64,000 nucleotides of DNA from contig CDMY01000255.1 in the NCBI GenBank assembly GCA_001179505.1, positions 310,001 to 374,000 on the forward strand. Direction: 5' to 3'. A model generated the notes under the pieces. That model had not been told where the DNA came from. It ran no database searches and saw nothing but the letters and a program-made list of their open reading frames with translations. The DNA is from Vitrella brassicaformis CCMP3155 (taxonomy: Eukaryota > Protista > Chromerida). The translations under genes and the position numbers were made by a program. Shown piece by piece: positions 1 to 13,359 of the stretch (positions within the stretch are counted from its first letter, which is position 1; each line of letters begins with the position of its first letter).

Positions 1-261
1 GTTCGTTCAGTTGTGGGTGGCGTGGAGCAGCCGGTTCGTCAGCAGCCTGGGCAGCTTGGATACAATGGGCTGCCACGGGAGATCAAGGTCACCAAGGACA
101 GCTACAAGCCCCAATACCTGGTGCCACCTGAGCCACAGCGCCAGGCGAAGAGGGGTCGCAGCAGCAGCCCTGCGAAGGAGCGGATCAGCAGCCCTCAGCG
201 AGCAAGAAGCAGCAGCCCCACGCCTCCACTCAAGAAGGCCAAGTGGCAGAAGACCGACTGA
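1..261 (+). CDS. 3'-terminal exon of a gene beginning upstream of the window; low-complexity Ser/Arg/Pro/Lys-rich C-terminus, product unknown
   Basis: Open frame to TGA at 259-261 ending ...RSSSPAKERISSPQRARSSSPTPPLKKAKWQKTD*, with GC-rich third codon positions. No family motif recognised. Confidence 0.55.
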   Translation, partial: VRSVVGGVEQPVRQQPGQLGYNGLPREIKVTKDSYKPQYLVPPEPQRQAKRGRSSSPAKERISSPQRARSSSPTPPLKKAKWQKTD

Positions 262-909
262 CTGTGATTGACTTATCCCTATCGATGGTTAAGACGGGAT
301 ACGCCTAGCAGATGCACACATCCGACCGCCTTTTTGCCCGACGACACCGGGTTTGTTTTTCCTAAGACGAATTGCATGTGCGTGTCGCTCGCTGAGTGAG
401 TGAGTGAGTCTGGTGTGTCTGTTGTCCATACTCCTAAGACCAGAGTGCGCAAGAATGTGTGGTTGTAGCGCGTGTGTATGAGTGCGCGCGTCTGATGTTT
501 CCCCCGTCCCTAAATGGATATGGGGTGTCCGTATCTTCGCAATTCAGGTGGACGGCACACGTAGGAAGGGAGGAAGACAGGGGTGAAACGTGCATTGGCG
601 ACAGCCGTTTGTAGGGGTGGACCAGGCCTGTCTGCATGTATGAGGATTGCTTGCGTCCGTACGTTCAGACGCAGAGGAAGTATTTGGTCATCAATCGATA
701 TTTAAATGCAGCACTCACTTATTGTACACACACACTCACACACAGAAACGATGGCGTCTCTCTCTGTCTGTCTGTCTGCTCTAGTTCTGATTGCTACGGC
801 TCCTTCCCCGAGCCCTCGTCGGCATCAACCAGACATAGAGACAGAGATTACAGATTTACACGTGACTGTCATAGGTCACCGAAGCCTGTCTGTCTGTGAC
901 CTATGCCAG

Positions 910-3900
910 TCACGGCTCGTTGTTGCCAAGAGTGACCTTCGGTCTGCTGGCAGCGCGTGGCGGCCCTGCTGCAACCGACGACACACTGCAGTGCTCACCA
1001 TGCAGCCTTTCATCCAGGTCATCGTTATCTGCACCATCCTCAGTCCGCTCTTGCTCGCTGCTGGTGGCCGTCCTTCCGCCTTGTGAAGGCTTCTCAAGGA
1101 TTGCGTATACGGTAAGAGCGCCAGTAATGAACGACTTCCTCCTGTCCACGGATGAGTTGGCTACCACAGGGGAGTTGAGGGCCTTCAGTATGCCACCCAG
1201 CCGGCCCTGGGACAGATGGGTCATCAGCAGGTCCCTCTGCTCGCCGTCGAAGTCCGCTGATGAGATAGCGTCCTGCAATTCTCGCTCTGTCTGGCCTTGA
1301 GACATGCTCTGCTGGTTGGAAAGGGACTCGATGGGCTTCACGAGCATGTCTGTGGTCTGCGTGGGGTACTGAGACAGCTGCTGGAACTTGCCCGCCAAGT
1401 CGAGGGGCGACGTCAGTGTGCCCTGAAAGGCCAGGGTGCCGTGTGGCTTCAAGTGGTGTGTCTGGCTGGTAGGAGTGAGGGGCAGGGCAGGGCCCTCCTC
1501 GGGAAACTCCTCAAGGCGCCCCTTGGATGTTGATGATGTGACAGGCTGCTGGTTGTCGACTGTGGCTGTGCTGAATGAGCGCAGCATGTTGTTCGCCATG
1601 AGGGACTGGGAGGGGAATGGCAGGGGCATCCGCAGCTGGGAGTGCATCGACGGCACTGGGGGCGTGGAGATCGAGTCCGGGCTGAGGGCGGGAAGGCCAA
1701 GTGCAGATCGAAGAGCCTCCACCCGACGGCACAGGAACTGGACCGAGTCCTGGGTGGACATGGAGATACTCACACACCTCCCTATCATCACCAGGGCCTG
1801 GCAGACACACACACAGGGACGTGGTCAGTCAGTCGGTCGATCGTGCATGTCTCCATTTGGGTATGATGGTGTCTCCCCCTCTCTCCCCCTCTGCCCGTGC
1901 GTGGTGGCCGGCTGACCTCTGCCACGGTCAGATTTGTCTGTGAGTCGATGTGGTGGGCCCACTTGACGCATCCGTCGAGCAGTCGCTCAGCTTGCTCTGG
2001 CGGGATGGGGGAGGGCAGCCGCAGTTCGGGATTGGCCTCCTCCTTCACCTTCACATCCTCCTTGCCACCAGCCAATGCCTGTTTCTGCTGCCTGCATCCA
2101 GATCATACACATATATATCGATTCAATGCCCGTGTGTTCGTGCTAGTCAATACCAGTAGAACATTCCGGCAGTCGACTTGCGCTTGGGTCTTGCCCTTTC
2201 GAGGCCCTCGAACAGCGACGAGGCCGACCCGGCGCGGCGAGGAGCTGCACATACAAGGTCGATCGGTCAGCAGGTAGCCGGATCAAGGAGCCTACCATAA
2301 GAAGGGTCTCTTGGCTTCTCGGCGATGTGGAAGTAGGTCAGGTCGTCAGGGAGGGACTTGTCATGCTCATACAGCAAACGTTCCAGACGCATGTGACTCA
2401 TGTGCTTCCGCCACACAGCCCTGACATGATGCACACCAGACAGACCGACAGACAAACAGAGAAAACAGTAACGCAAAAACCAGCCATCTACCTGTGTTTG
2501 CGTATGTTACGTTGTATCTGTGTTTACTTAATCAAGTGCTTGGCGCTGTTCCATATCGTGTCTTCTTCAGACACCGACGCTCTTATGCGCAGATACGCCT
2601 CGATGATAACAGCTGATGGGCAGGACACACACAACCAACACAGAATGGCTCGCAGTGGTCTTCGTTCCCCCCCTTTGGCTGGCTGACCGAGTAGCATGTT
2701 GAGCATGATAAGCGCCACTAGGATCGTGAAGATCCAAATGAAAATCTGTGTGTTTGGGTACTGAACGGGGTCGCCGACCGGCTCAAGCCAGCGCCACTCA
2801 AACCATCCCATCATCATCTGCAACGATAGCAACATACCCAAAGGTCGACACACACATCAGGGCACGCACAGAGGCCAAACGCTCCACGCCTACAAGGAAG
2901 CATGACGAGAAAGCTCTCGCCGGCGTACTGAACTCCAATATCTGAGTGCGTGCACGCACAAAGCAGTGGGAGAGAATGCATATGTCGTGCGTGTCCCCGC
3001 CCATCCACCTTGGGTCCGAACAGGAGACGGCCCGAGAAAGAGAACGAATAGAAAATGCAGAAAAACACTATTGCAAGTGCACAGAAAGAGACACGTTGAG
3101 CAGCGTATGTATTTGCTCTTCTTCCTTCCTTTATCAGTCGCTGACAGTGGAACGCATCCTTCATGGAGGCAGAGAGGGTCTTTGTGACGACCGACAGCAT
3201 GGGCTGCTTCCGGAAGGCATGGAAGAAGCTGCAGAGACAGACACAGCAAGACGTCAACCAAATATGGGTGTCTCACTTGGTCGCTCACCGTATTCCCATC
3301 GCCACGGCCATTGCCGCCTCAACTGTCCGATGTCCAAACGTAGATGTCATCGCAGTGATCAGATCCTATTAGGAAACGCAAATGTGGACGTCCGCCGATA
3401 TGCATACACGTCTGCATTTTACCTGAACGATGAGTGTGGCTTCCTCAAGCTTGTTGATGCATTCGGGTGAGCCTGGCGCGAATTTTCTGGCGACGTCGCT
3501 GAACTCGACGAGGGCATCGGTGGCTCGCAGGTCGACGACGCATATCATGATCCAGTCCCAGAGGAAATATGCACCTAGAAAAATCGTCATCCAGTCGAGA
3601 AAATTCCTTGATCGTCATCAAGCCACACCCCACATGTCACAACATCATGTCTCCTGTCATCACGGTGTCTATGTGTGTTGTTCGGCCAACCAGAAGTCCT
3701 TGATGTACTCTTTAAATCCACCCCAGTAGCCCAGGTCCCGAATGGCGGCTCACAACTCGCGGAGCTCCGTCACGATGAAAAAGAGGAAGCAGACCACAAA
3801 TAACGTGTCGAGGGCCAGGATGCGAGCAAGCCGATCACGGTACGGGTTGCTCTGCCCAGTGAGACACGCTTGTTTGTCCACGCATCCACGCGTGTATGTC

Positions 3901-5707
3901 TGACGCGTGTTCTCATTCCACACTGGTGTACCTGTACTGTGTCTAGGGAGACGGATGGGCGCACACTTCCGCCTCGCAGGAAGGTGAAGAGGATCTCCAG
4001 CTTGGCAAACAGCCCAAGCTCACCGTTGTACATGAGACCCTCCACACGAACAGTCCATGTCGAGAGGTCTACCCAATTGTAATTGGCCTGCGCACAACAC
4101 ATAGATTCACACATATGAGCATCCATTTCTCTCTCTCTCTCTCAGTGTGTGTGTCTGGTGAAGTGTCTGGCTCAACCAGATAAATAATCCTGTTGCGCAG
4201 CTTCTCGATAGGACTGTTCACCAACAACCAGAACTCATACTCTCCCCGATCGTTGGCCTGAGCGAAAGGTATCGATGCACACATGTTCTTATGCGTCTCT
4301 GTTGGTCTTCTTACTTCAAAGCCCTCGCCGAGTGGTATATCTGGAAACGCAGCATCGTGGTCGAGGCCCTTGACCAGCTGTCTGGTTTTGTTGACGTCCA
4401 GGAAATACGACTTGCTGCTGGACCGTTCATCGTGACAACACTGACCCGTATCGTCCTCACGACAGAATATGCTGGATGACACATACAGCACAGCGGCGCG
4501 AGAATGGTTGCCGCTTCGTCTGCATGCTGCTCACGTGTCTAGGTCACTGTTGACACATTTGTTCGTCTTGCTTCTTGTCTGAACCAGCTTGATCCCTCCG
4601 ATGATCTGATTGTATCGCTCGTAACGGCCCCATGTCGTGCTGGGTAGTCGCCGATCGAACTGCACACAGACGGACACATCCAGAGAGAGTACGGCCAGAA
4701 CACTTGACATGCGAGTAGGCGTACCGCATCGGTTTGCTTGAACAACGTTTGTGGCATTCCTATGCTCAACCACCGCGAGAACTCGACCTCGGTGTTGACA
4801 TCAGCAAGTGTCTTGGTCCCATCGGACGTCCGGACACCCTCAGCAATGCTGTATGAGAGCACACAGGTCAGGCTCGGGACCCTCTCTGGTGCCCAGCGTG
4901 TCGTGTCTTACACGTCGTTGACAGAATATATGGTGGAGACGTTTTCATGGTGCGAGACAACCAGCAGAAATGAGATGCAGAATAGCACTGCAGGCAGTCA
5001 AGGATACACACAAAGCCCTTTCGTCAAACAGCCTGTAAGGGGCTGACGCACCAGCGAAAGGCAGATACTTCACAGCCTGGAGGAGACACAGACGCGACAT
5101 ATCAAGCGAAGTAACGTCGCCTGTTGCAGTGCTGACTAACCTGCTCCTCCCCTGCACGTATCTTGACGAACCGGAGTAAGTCATTCTTCTTAACTGTCTC
5201 TGTGAAAACATCAATCATGGGCTCCCTCCCCAGTGCAGAGCTTGGCATCTTCCTCGCCGTCCCGTGCCGCCTCTCCGCCCGCTGATAGTACTGCTCCACA
5301 TTGATGACGTTCTGGGAGATGCTCGCCACCGGACCTGTAGGCGGACCTGTAGCCCCGCCTGTGTGCTCGACAACACTTGCAGTGGCGGTGCCGAGGAGGG
5401 ATGCGCTCCGATGTGCATTCGCCTGCCTCTGAGCACGGGGAAGATCGACACATCAGTCGTCATATATGCACTGTGTGTCCTCTGCGGATGTGTGGGCTTC
5501 GAGCCCGAGCCTACCTTGTACAGATTGTACTGAAGCGCACACACAAAGCTCATTACCGTACACAGCCAAGAAGACGCCCGGCGTGTCTTGCTTCTGTGTG
5601 TGTCTGCTTTGTCCGCCTACCTCCTGGCAGTCTCTTTCCCTCTCAGCCTTCTCAACCACCTTCTTATTATGAGTGTGGTGCGAAATGAGACCAGTGAACT
5701 CGGACAT
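910..5707 (-). CDS. Polycystin-2/TRPP-like cation channel, multi-exon
   Basis: Exons give PKD-channel hallmarks: YNQIIGGIKLVQTRSKTNKC and NWVDLSTWTVRVEGLMYNGELGLFAKLEILFTFLRGG (TOP domain), FFHAFRKQPMLSVVTKTLSASMKDAFH (S4-S5 linker), GRLLFGPKVDG...FSTPARAFSSCFL (pore) and FTILVALIMLNMLL|AVIIEAYLRIR (S6). Long C-terminal exon at 910-~1760. Start at ATG 5707 is inferred. Confidence 0.85.
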
Positions 5708-5930
5708 TGCAGCGACGAGTTGCAGAGGCCGTCCGGAAACACCGCTCGATTCGGGTTGACCCCGCCACCGCAGATTTCAACGTTTTTAGTGCGCGCTCAC
5801 GGCGAACGGTTTTCCGCGACGCCCTTTCTCGCGGAACAGTGCCGGCACATCCCTTGTCTCCCCCCTAACCAACCAACCAACCAACTCACCACAGCCTCAG
5901 GCGCTGCCTGGTGTGCGATTCCTCCCGACA

Positions 5931-7754
5931 ATGCCCGACAGCGTACCAGGCAACGCGCTGACGTCGCTCCCAGAAGACAAGGTGGTGGTGCCGGTTGACA
6001 GATGCGACACAGAGAGCACGGGGGACGGTCACACAAACGGCTCTTCACAAAGTGGAGGGACCAGCAGCCCAGATCTCATCGATGATGAAGGTACGCAATA
6101 CACGACCGTCTCATTGACTGATCCACCGAGAGCACCCCAGTCACACGAGGAGCAACGAGTCAAAGGACACTCTTAAGCTGATTTTTCCCTCCCGACCACG
6201 GTGGGATGCCCTGCAGATGACGGATGGGTTGTGGTTTCTGAGACATTTGATGACCCCTATGATGCCGACGGCTCTCCACGGATGAGCACATTCATCAACG
6301 CGAGGGTACGTCTATATGTACAACACAACACACGTGATGACGCCGTTGACAAACACACAGCAGTCTCATTCTGTCCGTTGGCCTCTTGTCTGTCAGGGTC
6401 TCCGCATTCAGACGTACGCGTGGGAGGTCTGCCATCCCCGTGGGGTCATCTGTGCCGTCCACGGCTACTCGTCTCACGCACGTCTCGACTGGCTCGTGCC
6501 GCCGGCGTGTGACTACGAAGGCAGCTGGGTCCAAAGGTCAGTGGGTGCGCTCCAGCCACGCGTGCTCATGACTGCTCGTTTGTCGGGTTGGTGTGCGTGT
6601 CGGCAGGCTAAACCAGCGCGGCTACTCCTTCGTGGCGCTTGACATCCAGGGCTTCGGGCGGTCTCAGGGATGGCGTGGTCTGCGTGGATGCTATCAGCGT
6701 TTTGATCACGTGGTTGACGACGTCCTCCACGTGATCCGCAGCATCAAGAAGCAGCACGCCTCCCAGCTCCCCACATTCGTCATGGGCTGCTCTCTTGGCG
6801 GCAACCTGGCCCTGAGGGCGGCCCACCAAGCGCAGAAGGAGGAGATGGACATTGCCGGCGTCATTTTGCTCGCCCCAATGCTGTCGGTCGACAACCTGAA
6901 GAAGACGGCGGTGAGGAGGGCGATGCTGCTGGTCGCGCCGCTTCTCAGCGCCCTGTTCCCTACTGCCGCATGCCTCGCTATACCTGTGAGCTGCGTGCAC
7001 GTGTGGACGGATCGCAACGAAACGTGTGACGTCTGTCGTGTGTCTGTGCCTCTCTGTTTGTGTTCGCAGCGTGGAAAGGATCCGAGAATCGACGAGGTGT
7101 TTGACAACGATCCCTACACCTACAAGAAGCCGCTTCGACTCCGTGTGGCGAAAGAGCAGATGAACGCATGCGACAAGTGAGGGAGGGAGGACGAAGGGAG
7201 AGAGAAGCAGCCGCGACGCTCAACTCTTCTCACCGACCTGTCTTGTCTGTCTGTCTTTTGGCAATCAGGGCTCAGGCCATTGCTCCATCTGTCCGTTTGC
7301 CCATGTTGTTGTTCCACAGCCGAAATGACACCTTCATCGAGGCTGCGGGCTCGCAGCGGCTGTGGGAGGCCTCGCCTTCAGAGGTCAGTGAGAGCCAGCG
7401 CACTTGACGTGATGAATGCATTCATGTCGGTGTTGTTCTGTTCTGTTGTGACGTCAGGACAAGACACTGCTGTGGTGCGATCACATGTGGCATCATCTGA
7501 TGACTGATGCGGGCAATCTGGAGCTGCTGGCAACGATAGCCAAGTGGCTGGACCACCGCTCGGAGCCCACTACTGACGCATCCAAATGGCACAGCATGAG
7601 CACACAGGACACCCCTGAGGACCCCTGTTGCCCAGCGGCCGTCGTGAGCGAGGATAACACGCCCAACGCCCCCCTGCCGGCACATGGAGACGCCTCCCGC
7701 TACGTCCTGCCCCCCTCGCTCCCCTGCTCGCCGTCCGCCGTCACCATCAGATAG
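5931..7754 (+). CDS. Alpha/beta-hydrolase of the monoglyceride lipase/lysophospholipase (Hydrolase_4) type
   Basis: VHGYSSH oxyanion motif, ALDIQGFGRSQG, nucleophile elbow GCSLG, ILLAPML, catalytic Asp region LLFHSRNDTF and His region HMWHHL. Exons are joined by GT-AG introns. Confidence 0.9.
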
Positions 7755-9143
7755 ACAGGCAGAGAGGGAGACAGGCCGATGTGTGTATGGGTACATGTAC
7801 GTATGGCGTGGACATGTGTACACGTTGCCATGATGGTTGTTGGTTGGTTGATGTGATTGATGTATGGAAGGGGGTCTTTGATGACCGTCGTTTTGTCCGT
7901 CAGTCCACCCACCTCACCTCACTCAGGTTCGGTGAAAATGCATACCTGCATGCTACGCTGCCGAAATACAGCCACGTCACATCCACTGCGCTTGGGCGAT
8001 CAAGGGAGGGACGGAGAGGGAGCGACCAAGGGAGGGAGGGGACAGGGGGGCTGCCCAAAGGGGCAAGTGAGGACGGACCGAGACGGGTGCATTGCATACA
8101 CCGATGGAAAGATGGAGATGTTGAATTCTCCATTTTTCAGCCTCTCGTTGTCTGTCGCTATCTGACAGTGTGATGGTGCTAGTATGCCCACGTGGATTGG
8201 ATGCGTGAGAGCGTTTCCAGTGGTGCTATGCTCGTCTGCGGTTTTGCCGTCCATCCGCGTTGTGTGACTGACTGACTGACTGACGTGCATACCGTACACA
8301 TCCACACGGATGGATGGATGGATGGCTGAATGGCTGCGTCGGTTTTCTACTGATCCAGTGAATTGGGCGGCTTTCTGCCCGCACCTGTGAAGGCGTGTGA
8401 CGACATTTCTCCCTTGATTTCCGATTTTTCATTCCTCATTTCATTGGGGAGTTGTGTCTGCCGGGCTGCTCGATTTGGCGGACCCCACAGTGTCCGAACC
8501 ATCGGCCGATGGTGGGTACCGTCGTTTGGGGGTGACTTGTCCGACACACAGCACGCCATTACAGGCCTGGAAGCACATACATCTACACCCGCTTCCTTCG
8601 TGGGTCTTGCTTCCCTCTCGCTGCCTTGATTCCTCTGAGACAAGTCCTGCCGGCTAGCCTTCTGCGTGTGTGTGAAGCGCTGTGGATGGTTGCCTGCCTC
8701 ACTGCGTGTTTGACGTATCGTAAACACATACATTGACCATCCAGTCTGCCTGCTGTACTCCCACTTTTGTCGTGTTGTATGAGCTATCTATGAGGAGGCG
8801 TTTGTGACTTGACGTGATGTGATGCGACACGACGGACAACCACTGAGACATTTCTTATTTTTGCGTTGTCATGCGACCAGACCTTTTCAGACTAAAACAC
8901 GGAAGCACGGCGGATCAAGTGCCGACAAATCGCTGTCCCAACGAGTTTGTGTGAACAAATAAACTTTGGGCGTCACAGCAGGTCATACAACCGCATCTCA
9001 CGGATCAATGTCCGATATCATAAACACCCTACCTGAGACTCCATCACTGCCAAGCATCGCAAGAAAATGCCCGCCCGCCCGCCCGACATCGGCGGCCTCG
9101 CTGACGCCCACGGTAAAACCACACACGATATGCCCGCTCCCCC

Positions 9144-9443
9144 NNNNNNNNNNNNNNNNNNNNNNNNNNNNNNNNNNNNNNNNNNNNNNNNNNNNNNNNN
9201 NNNNNNNNNNNNNNNNNNNNNNNNNNNNNNNNNNNNNNNNNNNNNNNNNNNNNNNNNNNNNNNNNNNNNNNNNNNNNNNNNNNNNNNNNNNNNNNNNNNN
9301 NNNNNNNNNNNNNNNNNNNNNNNNNNNNNNNNNNNNNNNNNNNNNNNNNNNNNNNNNNNNNNNNNNNNNNNNNNNNNNNNNNNNNNNNNNNNNNNNNNNN
9401 NNNNNNNNNNNNNNNNNNNNNNNNNNNNNNNNNNNNNNNNNNN
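9144..9443. other. Assembly gap (300 N)
   Basis: Run of N; both flanks carry ATATGCCCGCTCCCCC. Confidence 0.98.
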
Positions 9444-9486
9444 ATATGCCCGCTCCCCCCCCCCCCTCCCTCCTCTGGTGTGTTAA

Positions 9487-10968
9487 TTATCCGTGTGCGA
9501 AATGGTATGCAATGTCGTGTATGTAAGTGTCGGCTGGCTCGAGGATACACGAGGGAAAGTCGATCTGATTAGGGCTGTTTGGGAACAGCTGCGGCTCCAG
9601 ACACAGGGCGCCACGATAGGGATACACCTTGCCGCCCTTGCCAACCAGCGTACCTGATAAAACACACAACACAATACAACACACGAGATGCGTCGGCTGG
9701 GTGTACCGTCGAGGAAATTTCCCGAGTAGAATTGGATGCCAGGCTGGTTGGTGTGGACCTCCATCACACGACCGCTCATCGGCGCCCTCAACGTGGCCAC
9801 GCGACGGGCCGAAGACACCAGGCCGCCTCGCAAGCAGAAATTGTGGTCATACCTAAATGATCACAGGACAGTAACCAATAGACGTGACACGCACATCGGT
9901 GGCTCCCATCGGCCTTGTCCCACCCACCCACCCGAGTCCATTCTTGAGCTGGTCGTCCGTGTCGCCTCTGTCAATGCGGTCGCCGATGGGTGTGGGGGCG
10001 CTGAAGTCGAAGTTGGTGCCCTCGACAGGCCGTATGGCGCCCAGTGGGATGGACACCTCATTGATGGGCGTGAAGCTGCCCGCCTCGATCTGCAGCTCGT
10101 GCTGCAGTATCGTGCCCTCGCCGTGGCCCTCGAGGTTGAAATACGAGTGATTGGTCAAGTTGACCTGCACATACATACACACGGGCGGAACATCCATCCG
10201 TCGACACGAGCTCGTCATCCTTGGCGTGCGCGTGTCCCCCTCCCATCCCCACTCACCACCGTCTTGGCCTTGGTCGTCGCCTCGATGTGGAGCCGCAGAC
10301 AGTTTGGTTCCAACCGATATGTGGCAGTGACGGTGAGCTCGCCAGGAAAGCCCTCCTCACCGTCGGCACTGACATACTCGAGCCTCAGCTGAGTGTCGGA
10401 TGCATCGAGCATGCGCCAGAGTTTCTTATCGAAGCCCTCCGCCCCGCCGTGCAGCATGTTGGGAGGGTCGTTCTTGGTGACTTTGATGGTGCGGCCGTCA
10501 AGGGTGAAGGTTGCGTCACTGATGCGGTTGGCATACCGACCAACAATGCAACCAAAGTATGGACCTACAGGAAATGAACACACGACGCGCAGAGCGGCGA
10601 ACACCTGAGTGTCGGCGCACAGCATGTGATCTGTTTACTCTGGGTCTCGTAGTCATTTGCACTGTCAAATCCGCACACGATGTCACCGTAGCTGAAAGTG
10701 TACACACACATAGTCGCGCGATGCACGTCTCGTCCTTCTCTCCAGTTAACCAACTTACTTTCCGTGTTTGTCTTTGGTCCGGATAGCTACGACTGTGGCT
10801 CCATAGTCTGTGATGCTCACGGCCTCTATCTCAGAACCGGCAGGATTCTGCCACACACAAACGGACACACCAGTTCATCAGCTGATCTTGGCAGATCTTC
10901 GTGTTTTTTCTCACCTTCAGCATGAACAGCTTTGCCGCGCCATGGCGGCAGCTTCCAAATGACGTCAT
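9487..10968 (-). CDS. GALM: Aldose 1-epimerase (galactose mutarotase)
   Basis: [64 protein letters not shown] and [15 protein letters not shown]. Start may be 10968 or the upstream in-frame ATG at 11070. Confidence 0.95.
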
Positions 10969-10982
10969 CCTCCCTTCAAAAG

Positions 10983-10990
10983 TGCGAGCT
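10983..10990 (-). promoter_or_regulatory. Candidate promoter element AGCTCGCA between GALM and CEPT
   Basis: tgcgagct on the plus strand; one of 9 start-proximal occurrences (see findings). Confidence 0.45.
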
Positions 10991-11037
10991 ATTATGAGAG
11001 GGAGTGACGCCGTGGACAGATTTTGTTGAGGACGGAG

Positions 11038-13324
11038 ATGCGTTGTAGAGAAGGCAACAGATCCCGTCATGAATTGAAAGATACATGGAGATGCCTGTTG
11101 TCACACAGTGCCGAGCAGCCTTACATCGGCGCCGAGGGTCTTGAGCGGCTGCACAGCTATCGATATGAGGGCGATGATCCCTCGCCCCTGTACAAACACG
11201 CCCTATCGCCCCTCGCTGACCTGCTCGTCCTGCACTGCTGCCCATCATGGGCTGCCCCGAACCTGGTGGGTGGATCAAGCTTCCACAGATGACAGTGATT
11301 GCAGTGAGTGCATAGGGTGAGTGTACTTTCGTGTTCAGATATCCTTCATTGGCTTCTTGCTGGTGGTGTCTTCCCATCTGTTGGCCCTCTACTACTCGCC
11401 CACCCTGAGCGAGCCCATGCCATACTGGTAGGCACTCATGGCCACCCATCCATCCATCGATCCAGCCACACGTCTGTCTGTCTGTCTGTTCCTCTGGTCG
11501 TGTGTGTCGTTACGCATGTGTGCAGGGTGCATTTGTATGCGGGAGTGATGATGTTCGTCAATCAGACGTTTGACAACATGGACGGCAAGCAGGCGCGGCG
11601 AACCAACAGCTCCTCAGCACTGGGACTCGCATTCGACCACGGTCAGCCACACACTCCACCACCACCACGAGCATATCACAGGAGGATGCCTTGATGTATG
11701 CAGCCATGTGACGTGTGTTGGTCAGGTTGCGATGCGGTTCATTCAGCCATCGGCGGCATGACAGCGATGGCGTCGCTGCAGTTGGGGCCGCCCCTGCAGC
11801 CCCTCCTGGCGGCGTGCTGCTGGCTGGGCGGCGCTGCACCATTCCTGTTCGCATCATGGGAACACTACCACACAGGTAAGTACTGACTGGTGAGGCAACC
11901 ATGAGCACTCGTGAGCGAACACTGGGGTGCCGTTGGTTTGCAGGGTGTCTGTATCTGCCTGTGGTGAATGGCCCCACTGAGGGCATGTTGCTGCTGTCGA
12001 TAGTACACCTCATTGCGGGGGCGGTGCCCGACTCAGAGGAGTTCTGGACAACAGAAGTAAGTGAGTCAATCAGGCCAGGCGGGAGGGAATGAATAGCTGG
12101 CGATCACATGGAAACAAAGAGGAAGGATACGTTTGCCCGTACGTATACGTGTACATGTGTGTGTGTGTGTGTGTGTGTGCCTCAGGTACCATTGCTGCCA
12201 GGTGTGGATTATCGTGAGTTTGGCTTCTTCTGGCACACCGTGGGGGTCGTGCTCACATGCGGCAGAAGGTCAGCCAGCCAGCATCGAAAGAGAACCCGTC
12301 TAGTCTACCGACAGAAGGAGACCTCCTTTCCTTCCTCTTTCGTTCCCTCAGCATATGGCGGGTCGCCACCCACATCCACGGCCGCAAGGCCAAGAGGAAA
12401 CCGGTGCTCAACGGCACCCTACATGCCCCCCGCACGCGTCTGGAGCAGCATGACCAGAACGGCCATCCGGACGGCATGATGCTTCGCAAGAGGACGGCGG
12501 TGTCTGCAGCTTCAGCGGAGTACAATGGCGTCACGGGTGCCAGGCGGCAATGGGGACCACCTGAGTGCTCACTCACGGACGCACTGCTGGTAAGCCACTG
12601 AAAGAGAGGCCGAACACAGCTGTGCAAATCGGACATACGGACGTACGTGCGCGTGTGAGTGCAGCATTTGGTGCCGTGGTTGTGTGTGCACGTGTTTGCG
12701 GTGTGGTGGATAGGGAGTGGTAGGCCGCCCGGCCACCCCTCACTCTGGCACACGTGCCCCCGGATGTGCTTCTACTTCATGTCACTCATGCACTGCAAAC
12801 TCGTGGTCAGTCGGGCACACAACACAACACAAGAGGGTATGTATGCCCCTCCGTGTGTGTCTTTGTTGCGGTGCGGTTTCTCAGATGCACCTGCAGCTGT
12901 GTCACGTCACTGGGGAGCTAATGCGGCCATGGTACGTGGAGGAACGACCCATTCACTTATTCAGCCGCAGGGAAGAGTGTGTCTGTGTGGTCCTGACTTC
13001 ATTCGTCCAGGAGGTGGACATGCTGTCTGTCCCTTGGCGTGCTGGTCCTGGCACGATTGTCATGTCTGGCGGCGCCACACATGTGTACCTATGAGGTGCC
13101 TCTACTCAAGGCCGTCTGCGTCGCAGCTCTGTTTTCCCTAACACATTTGGTAAGCCAAGGACACACGATACCTGAGTGTTGGGCCGGCCAGGATACCGAC
13201 GATGGTGTGTATGTGTGTGTGATCAATGCAGGTGTTGACGGTGGTACCCGCCATCGCGGCGGAACTCAACATTTACGTCTTCTCTCTACAAAACAGGGTT
13301 GGGGTAAACAGGGTTGGGGTGTAG
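11038..13324 (+). CDS. Choline/ethanolamine phosphotransferase (CDP-alcohol phosphatidyltransferase, CEPT/EPT type)
   Basis: [21 protein letters not shown]...WAAPNLV, the CDP-alcohol motif [27 protein letters not shown]|[15 protein letters not shown] and C-terminal [12 protein letters not shown]. Start codon is inferred. Confidence 0.9.
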
Positions 13325-13340
13325 GGTTTGGTTCCACTTT

Positions 13341-13349
13341 AAGCTCGCA
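13341..13349 (+). promoter_or_regulatory. Candidate promoter element AAGCTCGCA just upstream of the YeaK-like gene
   Basis: aagctcgca, 10 nt before ATG 13360. Confidence 0.45.
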
Positions 13350-13359
13350 GTTTTGAGAA

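Noticed and set aside
7760-9140. Possible extra gene between the hydrolase and GALM (ORFs 8347..8733 and 8363..8629)
   Set aside because: No motif, no coherent exon chain and weak codon bias. More likely UTR or intergenic, although a non-coding transcript cannot be excluded.
8966-9550. ORFs spanning the N runs (also 22032..22601)
   Set aside because: Artefacts of translating assembly gaps.
13290-13330. Telomere-like AGGGTT units (AAACAGGGTTGGGGT x2, then AGGGTTT)
   Set aside because: Only a 15-bp in-frame duplication at the end of the CEPT CDS (NRVGV x2), not a telomeric array.
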